Part shown: in pieces, positions 41,095-50,162 of the stretch
Layout: each line of letters starts with the position of its first letter
Numbering within the stretch: the first letter of the stretch is position 1
Source: Sphingomonas sp.
GTDB taxonomy: Bacteria; Pseudomonadota; Alphaproteobacteria; Sphingomonadales; Sphingomonadaceae
Direction: 5' to 3'
Assembly: GCF_025362505.1 (NCBI RefSeq)
Contig: NZ_JANYGG010000065.1
Location: 12,536-76,535, forward strand
Length of the DNA stretch: 64,000 nucleotides
The notes under the pieces: generated by a model
Database searches by the model: none
The model's input: the letters and a program-made list of their open reading frames with translations, nothing else
Told to the model about the DNA's origin: nothing
Position numbers and translations under genes: made by a program

Positions 41095-41970
41095 ATGACC
41101 AGCACCACACCCCCCAGGCGGGTCTTTCCCGCCGCTAAGGTCGACGCGCAGGCGGCGAAGCACGTACCCTCGTCGCCGCAGACCGAAAGCGCGGCCTACA
41201 AGCTCGCCTTTCAGGACACCGACTTCCTGCTGCGCGAAGACCTCCGCCCGGTCCGGTTCCAGCTCGAGCTGCTCAAGCCCGAACTCCTGCTCGACGAAGC
41301 AAAGATCGCCTCGACCTTCGTCTTCTATGGTTCCGCCCGCGTGCCCGAGCCGTCGAAAGCGGACGAGCTGGTCGCCGCGGCACGCAGCGACCGTGAGCGG
41401 AAAATTGCCGAGCGGCTCAAGGCCAAGTCTCACTATTACGACATCGCCCGCGGGCTGGCGCGGCTGGTCAGCGATTATCCGCTCGGCGACGATGGCCAGC
41501 GCCACTTTGTCGTTTGTTCGGGCGGCGGGCCGTCGTTCATGGAAGCCGCCAATCGCGGCGCCCAGGACATGGGCAAGGATTCGATCGGGCTCAACATCGT
41601 CCTGCCGCACGAGCAATTGCCCAACCCGCACGTCACCCCCGACCTGAGTTTCCAGTTCCACTATTTCGCGCTGCGCAAGATGCACTTCCTGCTGCGCGCG
41701 CGCGCGGTGGCGGTGTTCCCCGGCGGGTTCGGGACGTTCGACGAGATGTTCGAGCTGCTGACCCTGATCCAGACCGGCAAGATGCGGCCGATGCCGATCC
41801 TGCTGTTCGGGCGCGAATTCTGGACGAAGGTCGTCAACTTCGAGGCGCTGGCCGACGAAGGCGTGATCTCGCACCACGACCTCGACCTCATCACCTGGTG
41901 CGAAACCGCCGAGCAAGCCTGGGCCGCAGTCCAGGCGCATTACGCGGAAGGCCGGCACGAGCGGGCCTGA
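41095..41970 (+). CDS. LOG family (TIGR00730-like) nucleotide-binding protein
   Basis: YGSAR, SGGGP..MEAANRGA, FHYFALRK, PGGFGTFDE. Confidence 0.9.
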   Translation: MTSTTPPRRVFPAAKVDAQAAKHVPSSPQTESAAYKLAFQDTDFLLREDLRPVRFQLELLKPELLLDEAKIASTFVFYGSARVPEPSKADELVAAARSDRERKIAERLKAKSHYYDIARGLARLVSDYPLGDDGQRHFVVCSGGGPSFMEAANRGAQDMGKDSIGLNIVLPHEQLPNPHVTPDLSFQFHYFALRKMHFLLRARAVAVFPGGFGTFDEMFELLTLIQTGKMRPMPILLFGREFWTKVVNFEALADEGVISHHDLDLITWCETAEQAWAAVQAHYAEGRHERA

Positions 41971-41986
41971 CGCCCGCTCGACGAGC

Positions 41987-42718
41987 TTATTTGGTCGCGA
42001 CGCCCTTCGGGCCGGTCAGCTTGGCCGCGCCTTCGCCACCGACATTTTTCGGGCCGCCAGTCACCGCCTGCTGCTCGGTGAGCACGGCGGTGTTCGGCGC
42101 CTTCTGCGCGTCTGCGCTGATATTCTCGGCGGCAGCCTTGGCACCATCCGCCGATGCGCCCGCTGCGGGAGCAGCTACTTCCTTTGGCGCGGCGGGGAGC
42201 GGCTTGGGCGCATCGTTCTTGGTGTTCAGGAAAGCGATGACGTTGGCGCGGTCCTGCGGATCGCTCAACCCGGCGAAGGTCATCTTCGTGCCCGGCGCGA
42301 AGGCTTTCGGGCTGTGCAGCCATGCTCCAAGCTGGGTCCAGTCCCAATTGCCGCCCTTGCCCGACAGCGCCTCGGAGAAGGCATAGCCTCCGGCGCCCTT
42401 GCCGATCGGTTCGCCGAGCACGCCCCACAGGTTCGGACCAAGCGCATTCGCCCCGCCCTTGTCGGCGTTGTGGCAGGCAGCGCACTTCTTGAATACGTCG
42501 GCGCCCTTGGCCGCGTCGGCGCTGGCGAGGTAAAATTCGATCGGCTTCTCGGCGGCCACCGCGGCGCCAGCGCCTTCCTCGACCACGCCGGCGATTGGAT
42601 AGCCCATCTTCTCGGGCCGCTCCTGATTGAAGACCTCGCCGGTGACGATCGAGCCGCCGAGCGCGACGATGCCGGCGAACAGGACCCAGCCGGCGATGGT
42701 GTTGTTGCGGTCTTGCAT
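41987..42718 (-). CDS. Membrane-anchored class I cytochrome c (CycM/cytochrome cy-like)
   Basis: N-terminal TM anchor, CAACH, GPNLWGV, PGTKM.FAG. Confidence 0.92.
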   Translation of the reverse strand: MQDRNNTIAGWVLFAGIVALGGSIVTGEVFNQERPEKMGYPIAGVVEEGAGAAVAAEKPIEFYLASADAAKGADVFKKCAACHNADKGGANALGPNLWGVLGEPIGKGAGGYAFSEALSGKGGNWDWTQLGAWLHSPKAFAPGTKMTFAGLSDPQDRANVIAFLNTKNDAPKPLPAAPKEVAAPAAGASADGAKAAAENISADAQKAPNTAVLTEQQAVTGGPKNVGGEGAAKLTGPKGVATK

Positions 42719-42785
42719 GGAAACCCCGTGGAGCGTTAGCGCGAATGATCTTGAGGCCCGCCCTTAAAGGGCAGGTCGGTAATCA

Positions 42786-43643
42786 TCAAGCGGCCAGCCA
42801 ATCCTCTAGTAGCGTGCGGGCGATCGCGAAGCGCGGTGGCGCCACGAACGGCGCGCTTGGCGCGCCGGCCATCGCCGCTTCGACGTCAGCGCGCGTGAAC
42901 CAGCGCGCATCGTCGAGTTCGGTCGTGTCGATCACCAACCGTTCATCGAGCGCCCGCGCCTTGCACCCGATCATCAAGCTCGACGGGAATGGCCATGGCT
43001 GGCTGGCGACATAGCGCACCTCGGCGACCCTGATCCCGGCCTCTTCGTGAAGCTCGCGCGCCACCGCCGCCTCGATCGTCTCGCCTGCCTCGACGAACCC
43101 GGCCAGCGCCGAATAGTGACCCGGCGGAAACCGCGGCTGGCGGCCGAGCAGCAGCCGCCCGTCATGCTCGGCGAGCATGATCACGACCGGGTCGACGCGC
43201 GGGAAATGCTCGGCCGCGCAAGAGCCGCAGCGCCGCGACCAGCCACCGCGAACTGGCTCGGTTACTTGGCCGCAGACCGAGCAGAACGGGTGGCGGCGGT
43301 GCCAGTTGCCCAAGCTCAGCGCGGCGGCGAACAGCGGTGCGTCGCGATCCCCCAGCAGGCCGAGCAAGCTGAAATGCACGCGCGTGTTGACCGCTTCGGC
43401 GCCGTCCGGAAACGCGGAGAAGCGTGGCAAGCCATTGTCGAGGCCGAGAAACAGTGGCGCCTCGTCGGCCCGGCACAACCCCCATTCGAGGCAACCCAGC
43501 TCGTCGACCGCCGGCGCGCCGTTGCGCCAGACGAGGGCGCGGGCGGCCGGGTCATGGGCGAGCGCGGCGATGCGCTCGGGCTGGGCGCGCAGCGCATCGG
43601 CGCGGTCGAGCCCGGCGCCGGAAAAAAACGGGTTAGGCAGCAA
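42786..43643 (-). CDS. nudC: NADH pyrophosphatase
   Basis: FCSVCG...CGSC zinc ribbon, FPRVDP, AGFVE.GE Nudix box, SQPWPFP; TTG start behind GGAG. Confidence 0.93.
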   Translation of the reverse strand: MLPNPFFSGAGLDRADALRAQPERIAALAHDPAARALVWRNGAPAVDELGCLEWGLCRADEAPLFLGLDNGLPRFSAFPDGAEAVNTRVHFSLLGLLGDRDAPLFAAALSLGNWHRRHPFCSVCGQVTEPVRGGWSRRCGSCAAEHFPRVDPVVIMLAEHDGRLLLGRQPRFPPGHYSALAGFVEAGETIEAAVARELHEEAGIRVAEVRYVASQPWPFPSSLMIGCKARALDERLVIDTTELDDARWFTRADVEAAMAGAPSAPFVAPPRFAIARTLLEDWLAA

Positions 43644-44628
43644 ACAACATTCTCCGCTGGGCGAGCACCGCCTCGACCGCGCGGCGGAAGAGGGTCGGCA
43701 GGCCGGCCTCGCTAATCGTATCAAGTGGTTGCCACCAGCCCTCTCCGACCGGCTCGCCGCGCGCGACGATCGCGAGATCGAGCGTGAAATGGGTGAAGCC
43801 ATGCGCGACCGTGGCCAGCACCGGCTCCATCGGCGCAGCGTCGCCCCACTCCCCACCAGGGAGCGCCGCCATCCCGCCGAGCAACCCCTTGTCCGGCCGC
43901 CGCACCAACCACAGCGCGCCGTCGCGCTCGATCCACCATGCGGTGCCGAATCGGTGCGGCCGATCGCGCTTCGCCTTGGGTACCGGATACGCCTCTGGCG
44001 TCCCGCTAGCGAACGCTGTGCAGTCAGGGCGCAGTGGACACTCCCCGCAGCGCGGCGCCTTCGACCGGCAGATCGTCGCGCCCAAATCCATCATCGCCTG
44101 CGCAAAGTCGCCCGCTCGCTCCTTAGGCGTAATCCGTTCCACCAGGGCGCGAATCTCCGCCTTGGCCTCCGCCACGGGCCGCGCGATGCTAAACAGCCGC
44201 GCCACGACTCGCGCGACATTGGTGTCGACCACCACCGCCCGCCGGCCGAACGCAATCGCCGCGATCGCCGCCGCGGTGTAGGCGCCGAGTCCTGGCAATT
44301 CGCGCAACTCGGCCTCATCCTCGGGAAACCCGCCCCGCGCCGCGACCTCACGCGCACAGGCGATGAGGTTGCGCGCGCGGGCATAATAGCCAAGCCCCGC
44401 CCACTCCGCCAAAATCTCCGCGTCCGCCGCTCCGGCCAGCGCCTCAACTGTCGGCCACCGCTCGACGAACCGCGCGAATCGCGGAGTCACCGTCGCGACC
44501 GTCGTCTGCTGCAGCATCACTTCGCTCAGCCACACTCGATACGGGTCGGGCGCAGCCTCCCGCCACGGCAGGCGCCGGGCGTGGAGCCGATAATGTTCAA
44601 GCAGGCGAGATACGATATTGGCGCTCAC
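43633..44628 (-). CDS. mutY: A/G-specific adenine glycosylase
   Basis: LPWR, SEVMLQQT, W.GLGYYARARN, LPGLG.YTA, VDTN, and the CX6CX2CX5C Fe-S motif. Confidence 0.95.
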   Translation of the reverse strand: MSANIVSRLLEHYRLHARRLPWREAAPDPYRVWLSEVMLQQTTVATVTPRFARFVERWPTVEALAGAADAEILAEWAGLGYYARARNLIACAREVAARGGFPEDEAELRELPGLGAYTAAAIAAIAFGRRAVVVDTNVARVVARLFSIARPVAEAKAEIRALVERITPKERAGDFAQAMMDLGATICRSKAPRCGECPLRPDCTAFASGTPEAYPVPKAKRDRPHRFGTAWWIERDGALWLVRRPDKGLLGGMAALPGGEWGDAAPMEPVLATVAHGFTHFTLDLAIVARGEPVGEGWWQPLDTISEAGLPTLFRRAVEAVLAQRRMLFAA

Positions 44629-44655
44629 CGATTTGCTATGGCATGGACAAACGCG

Positions 44656-45207
44656 ATGTCGAAGATGCCAACCCCGCCCGAGCCCCAGCGCCGCGGCTAT
44701 GCCCGCGCCGCCGGCGACATCGCCGGCGATATCAGCGGCATGGCGTTCAAGCGGTTCGGCTTCGTCCAGGGTGCGGTCGTCAGCCGCTGGAAGGAGATCG
44801 TCGGCGAACGCTATGCCCGCGTCTCGGTCCCCGAATCGATCCGGTTCACCGCCGGCAAGAAGTCAGGCGGGACGCTCAGCTTGCTCGTCGAAGGCGCCCA
44901 CGCCCCGCTGATGCAGCACCTCGCGCCGATGATCGTCGAGAAGGTCAATCGCTTCTTCGGCTATGAGGCGGTCGCCCGCATCGCTTTCCGCCAGGGCCGT
45001 GTCGCCGACGCGACCATCCGTCCCCAGCGCCAGTCCCCCGCGCCGGTCCCGGCCGAACTTGGCGACGGCCTTCGCGCGATCGCCGACGACGAGCTGCGCG
45101 CCTGTCTCACCAGCCTCGCCGGCCAGATCGCCGCAACCACAGGCCCGCCGCTGGTCGAACGGCCAAGCCCGATTCCATCCTTGCTTAACCTTCCGAAAGT
45201 TTCGTGA
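44656..45207 (+). CDS. DciA/DUF721 family protein
   Basis: FKRFGF....VVSRW.EIVG...A....PE.IRF, VN.FFGY.AV; conserved position between mutY and dsbA. Confidence 0.85.
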   Translation: MSKMPTPPEPQRRGYARAAGDIAGDISGMAFKRFGFVQGAVVSRWKEIVGERYARVSVPESIRFTAGKKSGGTLSLLVEGAHAPLMQHLAPMIVEKVNRFFGYEAVARIAFRQGRVADATIRPQRQSPAPVPAELGDGLRAIADDELRACLTSLAGQIAATTGPPLVERPSPIPSLLNLPKVS

Positions 45208-45950
45208 TGATCCGTGCGTCGTTGCTGCTCGCTGCCCTGGCGCTCGCGACCCCCGCTATCGCCCACGCCAAGCCGCGTCTTGCGCACCCGGCGCAATCCG
45301 CGCATCCGGCGAAACCGAACGACTGGACCCGCGTGGCCGGCGCCACTGCTGCCGGTGGCTTCGTCATGGGCAACCCCGCGGCGCGGGTAAAGCTGGTCGA
45401 ATATGGCTCGCTGACTTGCCCGCACTGCCGCCATTTCGACGAGGTCGCCGCCGCGCCGCTCTCTGCCTATGTCCGCACTGGCCGCGTCAGCTGGGAGTTT
45501 CGTTCCTTCCTCCTCAGCGGTTTTGACATCCCCGCGACGCTTACCGCCGGCTGCAACGGCGCCGCGACCTTTTTCCCGCTGCTCCATGCGCTCTACGCCG
45601 CCCAGCCCGACTGGGTCGCGAAAATGCAGGCGATCCCCACCGACCGTCTCGAGCAGATCCGCAAGCTGCCGCTCCCCGAGCAATTCGCCGCGATCGGCGA
45701 CGCCGCCGGTTTCCCGGCGTTCGCAGCGGCCCGCGGTATCCCGGCCCCGAAACTCGTCGCCTGCCTGCGCAACCAAGCTGCTGCCGACCGCGCCGTGCTC
45801 ACCACCGCCGATGGTCAGAACAAATACAAGGTTCGCGGCACCCCGACCTTCATGATCAACGGCGTCACCGTCGACTACAGCGCCGGCCCATCACCGTGGG
45901 CGGTCGTCGACACGGCCCTCAAATCCTCCCTTGCGAAAGTATATCGATGA
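45204..45950 (+). CDS. DsbA/thioredoxin-family protein (copy 1)
   Basis: MGNP.A.VKLVEYGSLTCPHC, GTPTF; signal peptide. Confidence 0.9.
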   Translation: MMIRASLLLAALALATPAIAHAKPRLAHPAQSAHPAKPNDWTRVAGATAAGGFVMGNPAARVKLVEYGSLTCPHCRHFDEVAAAPLSAYVRTGRVSWEFRSFLLSGFDIPATLTAGCNGAATFFPLLHALYAAQPDWVAKMQAIPTDRLEQIRKLPLPEQFAAIGDAAGFPAFAAARGIPAPKLVACLRNQAAADRAVLTTADGQNKYKVRGTPTFMINGVTVDYSAGPSPWAVVDTALKSSLAKVYR

Positions 45951-46702
45951 AGACTTTTCCCATCCTGATCGCCGCAACCGCGCTTGTCGCCGCTGGCGGA
46001 TGCACCAAGAAAGCCGGCGATGCCGGCGCTGCAAGCGGCAACGTCTCCTCCGCGCCGACCGTCGCCGTCGCGGCCCCCGCCAGCGGCGACTGGTCCGAGG
46101 CTGTCGCTCCGACCGCTGCGGGCGGCTTCGTCATGGGCAACCCGAACGCCAAGGTGAAGCTGGTCGAATATGGCTCGATGACCTGCCCGCACTGCGGCGA
46201 ATTCGAAAAGACCGGCGCCAAGCCGCTGATCGACAATTATGTTCGCACCGGCAAGGTCAGCTGGGAATTCCGCAACTTCGTCCGCGATCCGTATGACCTC
46301 GCCGCCAGCCTCGTCGCCCGCTGCAATGGCGCGAAGAGCTTCTTCGGCCTGACCCGCGCGCTCTATTCTTCGCAAGGTGACTGGGTTGCCAAGCTCCAGA
46401 CCGTTCCGCCGAAGGAAACCGAAGCGCTGCAGGCGCTGCCCCCGGCGAAGCAGTTCACCGCGATCGGCAAGATGGCCGGCTTCCCGCAATTCGCGGCGCT
46501 GCGCGGTGTGCCTGCTGCGAAGGCCGAGACTTGCCTCGCCGACACCAAGGAAGTCGACCGGCTCGTCCAGATGAACAGCGATGCGGTGTCGCAATACAAC
46601 ATCCCGGGCACACCGAGTTTTCTCGTCAACGGCACGCTGCTCGCTGAGACCGCGACGTGGGAGACGCTCGAGCCCAAGCTCAAGACTGCGCTGGCGGGCT
46701 GA
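45947..46702 (+). CDS. DsbA/thioredoxin-family lipoprotein (copy 2)
   Basis: Lipobox AGGC, EYGSMTCPHC, GTPSF. Confidence 0.9.
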   Translation: MKTFPILIAATALVAAGGCTKKAGDAGAASGNVSSAPTVAVAAPASGDWSEAVAPTAAGGFVMGNPNAKVKLVEYGSMTCPHCGEFEKTGAKPLIDNYVRTGKVSWEFRNFVRDPYDLAASLVARCNGAKSFFGLTRALYSSQGDWVAKLQTVPPKETEALQALPPAKQFTAIGKMAGFPQFAALRGVPAAKAETCLADTKEVDRLVQMNSDAVSQYNIPGTPSFLVNGTLLAETATWETLEPKLKTALAG

Positions 46703-46726
46703 GGCTCAGCGTCGGGGGGCGCGCAA

Positions 46727-49700
46727 TTGCGGATCAGGCGACTTAAACTCAGCGGCTTCAAAAGCTTCGTCGAACCGGCCGAACTGCGCATCGAGCCGGG
46801 GCTGACCGGGGTCGTCGGCCCCAACGGTTGCGGCAAGTCGAACCTGCTCGAGGCGATCCGCTGGGTAATGGGCGAGGGCAGCGCCAAATCGCTGCGCGGC
46901 GGCGCGATGGAAGACGTCATCTTCGCCGGCACCGCCACCCGTCCGGCGCGCGATTTCGCCGAAGTCTCGCTGCTCGTCGATACGGTCGACGGCGACAGCG
47001 AAGTCACCCGCCGGATCGAGCGTGGCGCCGGTTCGGCCTACCGCCTCGACGGCCGCGATGTGCGCGCCAAGGACGTCGCCTTGCTGTTCGCCGACGCCGC
47101 CACCGGGGCCCATTCCCCCGCGCTGGTCAGCCAGGGCCGGATCGGCTCGGTGATCGCCGCCAAGCCGGTCGAGCGCCGTCTCATGCTAGAGGAGGCGGCG
47201 GGCATTTCCGGTCTCCACGTTCGCCGCAAGGACGCCGAGCAGAAATTGCGCGCGACCGAGGCCAACCTCGCTCGTCTCGACGAGCTGCTCGCCGTCCAGG
47301 AAGTGCGCATCGGCCAGCTTCGCCGCCAGGCCCGGGCCGCCGAACGTTATCGCGCCATGACCGATCGCATTCGCCTCGCCGAAGGGAGGCTGGTCTACGC
47401 CCGCTGGGCCGAGGCCGACCGCGCCGCCGCCGCCGCCGATGCCGAGGCCAAAGCGGCGGCGGGCGAGGTCGCCGCGCTCCACGACGCTATGACCCGAGCC
47501 CAAGTCGCGCAGGAGCATGGCGCGGCCGAAGTCGCGCTCCGCCGCGCCGCCACGCAGGAGGCGCGCGACGACGGCCGGAACCTCGCCCACGACCTCGCCA
47601 CCGCCCGCGCGCGATGCGACACCGTGGTGCGGCGGCTGGCGGAGCTCGATCGCCTCGCCGCTTCGCTCGCCGCCGAGACTGCACGCGAGCAAGCACTGCG
47701 CGAAGATGCCGCGCGCGCCGCTGCCGCGCTGGAGGCAGAGACCGCCACGATCGAGGAACGGCTGGCCGACGGGGAGGCGGGCGCCGCGCGGATCGCCGCC
47801 GAGCTGACTGCAGCCGAAACCGCGTCACGCGGCGTCGAAGCGACCCTCGCCGGCCTGCTCGCCAGGGACGCCGCGATGCGCGCCGAGCTCCGCGTCGCCG
47901 AAGCCGCGCTCGACGCCGCGAATGCGCAGGCTGCCCGCGCCGAGGCCGAGGCCGCGCGTCTATCCGTCCAACTCGCCGCGCTTGGCGACGGCTCCGAGCA
48001 TCGCGATGCCGCCATCGTCGCCGAAGCGCGCTTCGCCAATTCGGCGACCGCCTTCGCCACCGCCGAAACCGCGCTCATTCAAGCTGAATCCGGTCGCGCC
48101 CGCGCGGTCGAGCAGCGCGACATGGGTGAAACCGTAGTCGCCACCGCCCGCGCCGCGCTTGCCGCCGCCGATGCCGAGCGATCCGCGCTGGTCCGCGCGC
48201 TCGACCATGGCCGCAGCGGCTCGGCACTGGCCGGGATCGCCGCCGAGCCGGGCTACGAACGCGCCCTCGCGGCGGCGCTCGGGGACGACCTCGAGGCCGA
48301 CATCGGCGGCACCGGCGCGCGTCGCTGGGACGGCAGCGAACCCCAAGTCGCCGACCCCGTGCTCGCACCCGGCCTCGCTCCCCTCAGTACCCAAGTCCGC
48401 GCCCCGTCCGAGCTCCACCGCCGCCTCGCCCAGATCGGAGTCGCCGAGCGCGACGACGGACAGCCATTGCTACCTGGCCAGCGCCTCGTTACCCGCGACG
48501 GTGTCGTCCGCCGCTGGGACGGTTTCGTCGCGATCGGCGGCGGTGCGGCGGCGGCCGAGCGACTTGTCTGCGCCAACCGCCTCGCCGCGATCGACGCCGA
48601 TCTTCCTGGCTTCACCAGCGCCGTGACCCATGCCACCTCGGCCCGCGACCAAGCCGCCGCCGCCATCGAAGCCCACCGCCACGCCGCCGAACAGGCGCGC
48701 GCCGCCGCTGCCGTCGCCGAGCACGACGGCCGCGAGGCCGCCCGCGCCGAAGATGCCGCCGTCGCCGCGCTCGACCGCCTCGACGCCAACCGCGCAGCAC
48801 TCGAGGACCGCCGCGCCGATCTCGCCCCGTTGCTTGCCGCCTCGTTCGATGCCGTCGCGGCCGCCGACCATAACCTCGCCGCGCTGCCCAATGCCGCCGG
48901 CCTTGGCGCCGAGATCGACGGCGCGCGGACAGCCGCGACCGCCACCGGCAAGGCGGTCGCGGACAAGCGCGCCGAGGCCGCCACCCGCGCCCGCGAAGCC
49001 GCCTCGGCCCGCGAACGACTGGCCACCGCCGCGCGCGAGGCGGGCGAGTGGCGGCGGCGCGGGTCGGTCGCCGACGCCCGCCTCACGGAGACTGCCGAGC
49101 GAAGCCACGCGTTGGCCGGGGAACAAGCCGACCTCGCGTCGCAGCCGGCAACGCTCGCCGCCGAGGTCGCCGCGCTCGAAACCCGGTCGGCCACATCCGA
49201 AGCATCGAGCGCCACCGCCGCCGCCGCCGAGCGCGAGGCCGAAGACGCGCTCGCTGCTATCGCCAAGGCGCTCGCCGACGCCGGCGAATCCTTTGCTGCC
49301 GCGCGTGAACGCCGCGCCGGGGCGGTCGCCCGCGCCGAGAACCAGGAACTGCGCCGCCGAGAATATGCCGGCATCTGCGGTGAAAAGTTCGAATGTCCGC
49401 CACCGCTCCTGCCCGAAAAGCTCGGCTTCGAGGTCGTCAGCCTTGCCGCGCCCGACGAGGAATCCGCTGCCCTTGGCCGCCTCATCACCGAGCGCGAGCG
49501 TCTCGGCCCGGTCAACCTCGTCGCCGAAACCGAGCTTGCCGAACTCGAGGAATCGCGCACCACTGGCGCCGCTGAGCGCGACGATTTGCAGGAGGCGATC
49601 CACCGCCTGCGCGGCTCGATCGGCAGCCTCAACCGCGAAGGCCGCGCGCGCCTGCTCGATGCTTTCGCCAAGGTGGACACCCATTTCCGAAGCCTGTTCA

Positions 49701-50128
49701 CGACCTTGTTCGACGGCGGCCAGGCGCATCTCGAACTGGTCGAAAGCGACGACCCCCTCGAAGCCGGGCTCGAGATCATGGCCCAACCTCCCGGCAAGCG
49801 CCTCACCGCGCTAACCCTCCTCTCGGGCGGCGAGCAGGCGCTGACCGCGGTCGCGCTGATCTTTGCATTGTTCCTCACCAACCCCGCGCCGATTTGCGTC
49901 CTCGACGAAGTCGACGCTCCGCTCGACGACGCCAATGTCGAGCGTTTCTGCGACCTGCTCGACCGAATGACCGGCGAAACCGACACCCGCTACCTAATCG
50001 TCACGCATAACGCTGTGACGATGAGCCGCATGCACCGCCTCTACGGGGTGACGATGATCGAGCGCGGGGTCAGCCGCCTCGTCTCGGTCGACCTTCAATC
50101 GGCGGAAACATTGCTCGCCGCTGAATAA
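46727..50128 (+). CDS. smc: Chromosome segregation protein SMC
   Basis: GFKSF, GPNGCGKSN, VSQG, coiled coils, LSGGE, LDEVDAPLD, VTH. Confidence 0.96.
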   Translation: MRIRRLKLSGFKSFVEPAELRIEPGLTGVVGPNGCGKSNLLEAIRWVMGEGSAKSLRGGAMEDVIFAGTATRPARDFAEVSLLVDTVDGDSEVTRRIERGAGSAYRLDGRDVRAKDVALLFADAATGAHSPALVSQGRIGSVIAAKPVERRLMLEEAAGISGLHVRRKDAEQKLRATEANLARLDELLAVQEVRIGQLRRQARAAERYRAMTDRIRLAEGRLVYARWAEADRAAAAADAEAKAAAGEVAALHDAMTRAQVAQEHGAAEVALRRAATQEARDDGRNLAHDLATARARCDTVVRRLAELDRLAASLAAETAREQALREDAARAAAALEAETATIEERLADGEAGAARIAAELTAAETASRGVEATLAGLLARDAAMRAELRVAEAALDAANAQAARAEAEAARLSVQLAALGDGSEHRDAAIVAEARFANSATAFATAETALIQAESGRARAVEQRDMGETVVATARAALAAADAERSALVRALDHGRSGSALAGIAAEPGYERALAAALGDDLEADIGGTGARRWDGSEPQVADPVLAPGLAPLSTQVRAPSELHRRLAQIGVAERDDGQPLLPGQRLVTRDGVVRRWDGFVAIGGGAAAAERLVCANRLAAIDADLPGFTSAVTHATSARDQAAAAIEAHRHAAEQARAAAAVAEHDGREAARAEDAAVAALDRLDANRAALEDRRADLAPLLAASFDAVAAADHNLAALPNAAGLGAEIDGARTAATATGKAVADKRAEAATRAREAASARERLATAAREAGEWRRRGSVADARLTETAERSHALAGEQADLASQPATLAAEVAALETRSATSEASSATAAAAEREAEDALAAIAKALADAGESFAAARERRAGAVARAENQELRRREYAGICGEKFECPPPLLPEKLGFEVVSLAAPDEESAALGRLITERERLGPVNLVAETELAELEESRTTGAAERDDLQEAIHRLRGSIGSLNREGRARLLDAFAKVDTHFRSLFTTLFDGGQAHLELVESDDPLEAGLEIMAQPPGKRLTALTLLSGGEQALTAVALIFALFLTNPAPICVLDEVDAPLDDANVERFCDLLDRMTGETDTRYLIVTHNAVTMSRMHRLYGVTMIERGVSRLVSVDLQSAETLLAAE

Positions 50129-50129
50129 T

Positions 50130-50154
50130 GCTATTGCGAGTGATTATCATAAGC
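50130..50154. promoter_or_regulatory. Fur-like iron box
   Basis: GCTATTGCGAGTGATTATCATAAGC (reverse strand contains TGATAATCACTCGCAA), an imperfect palindrome directly before a TonB-dependent receptor. Confidence 0.6.
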
Positions 50155-50162
50155 ACTAGGCA

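Noticed and set aside
43177-45207. 676-aa ORF suggesting a large fusion protein
   Set aside because: Only the last 183 aa (from the ATG at 44656) is the DciA-like gene; the rest is antisense to nudC and mutY.
47400-49330. Ala-rich quasi-repeats inside smc
   Set aside because: Ordinary coiled-coil composition in a high-GC genome.
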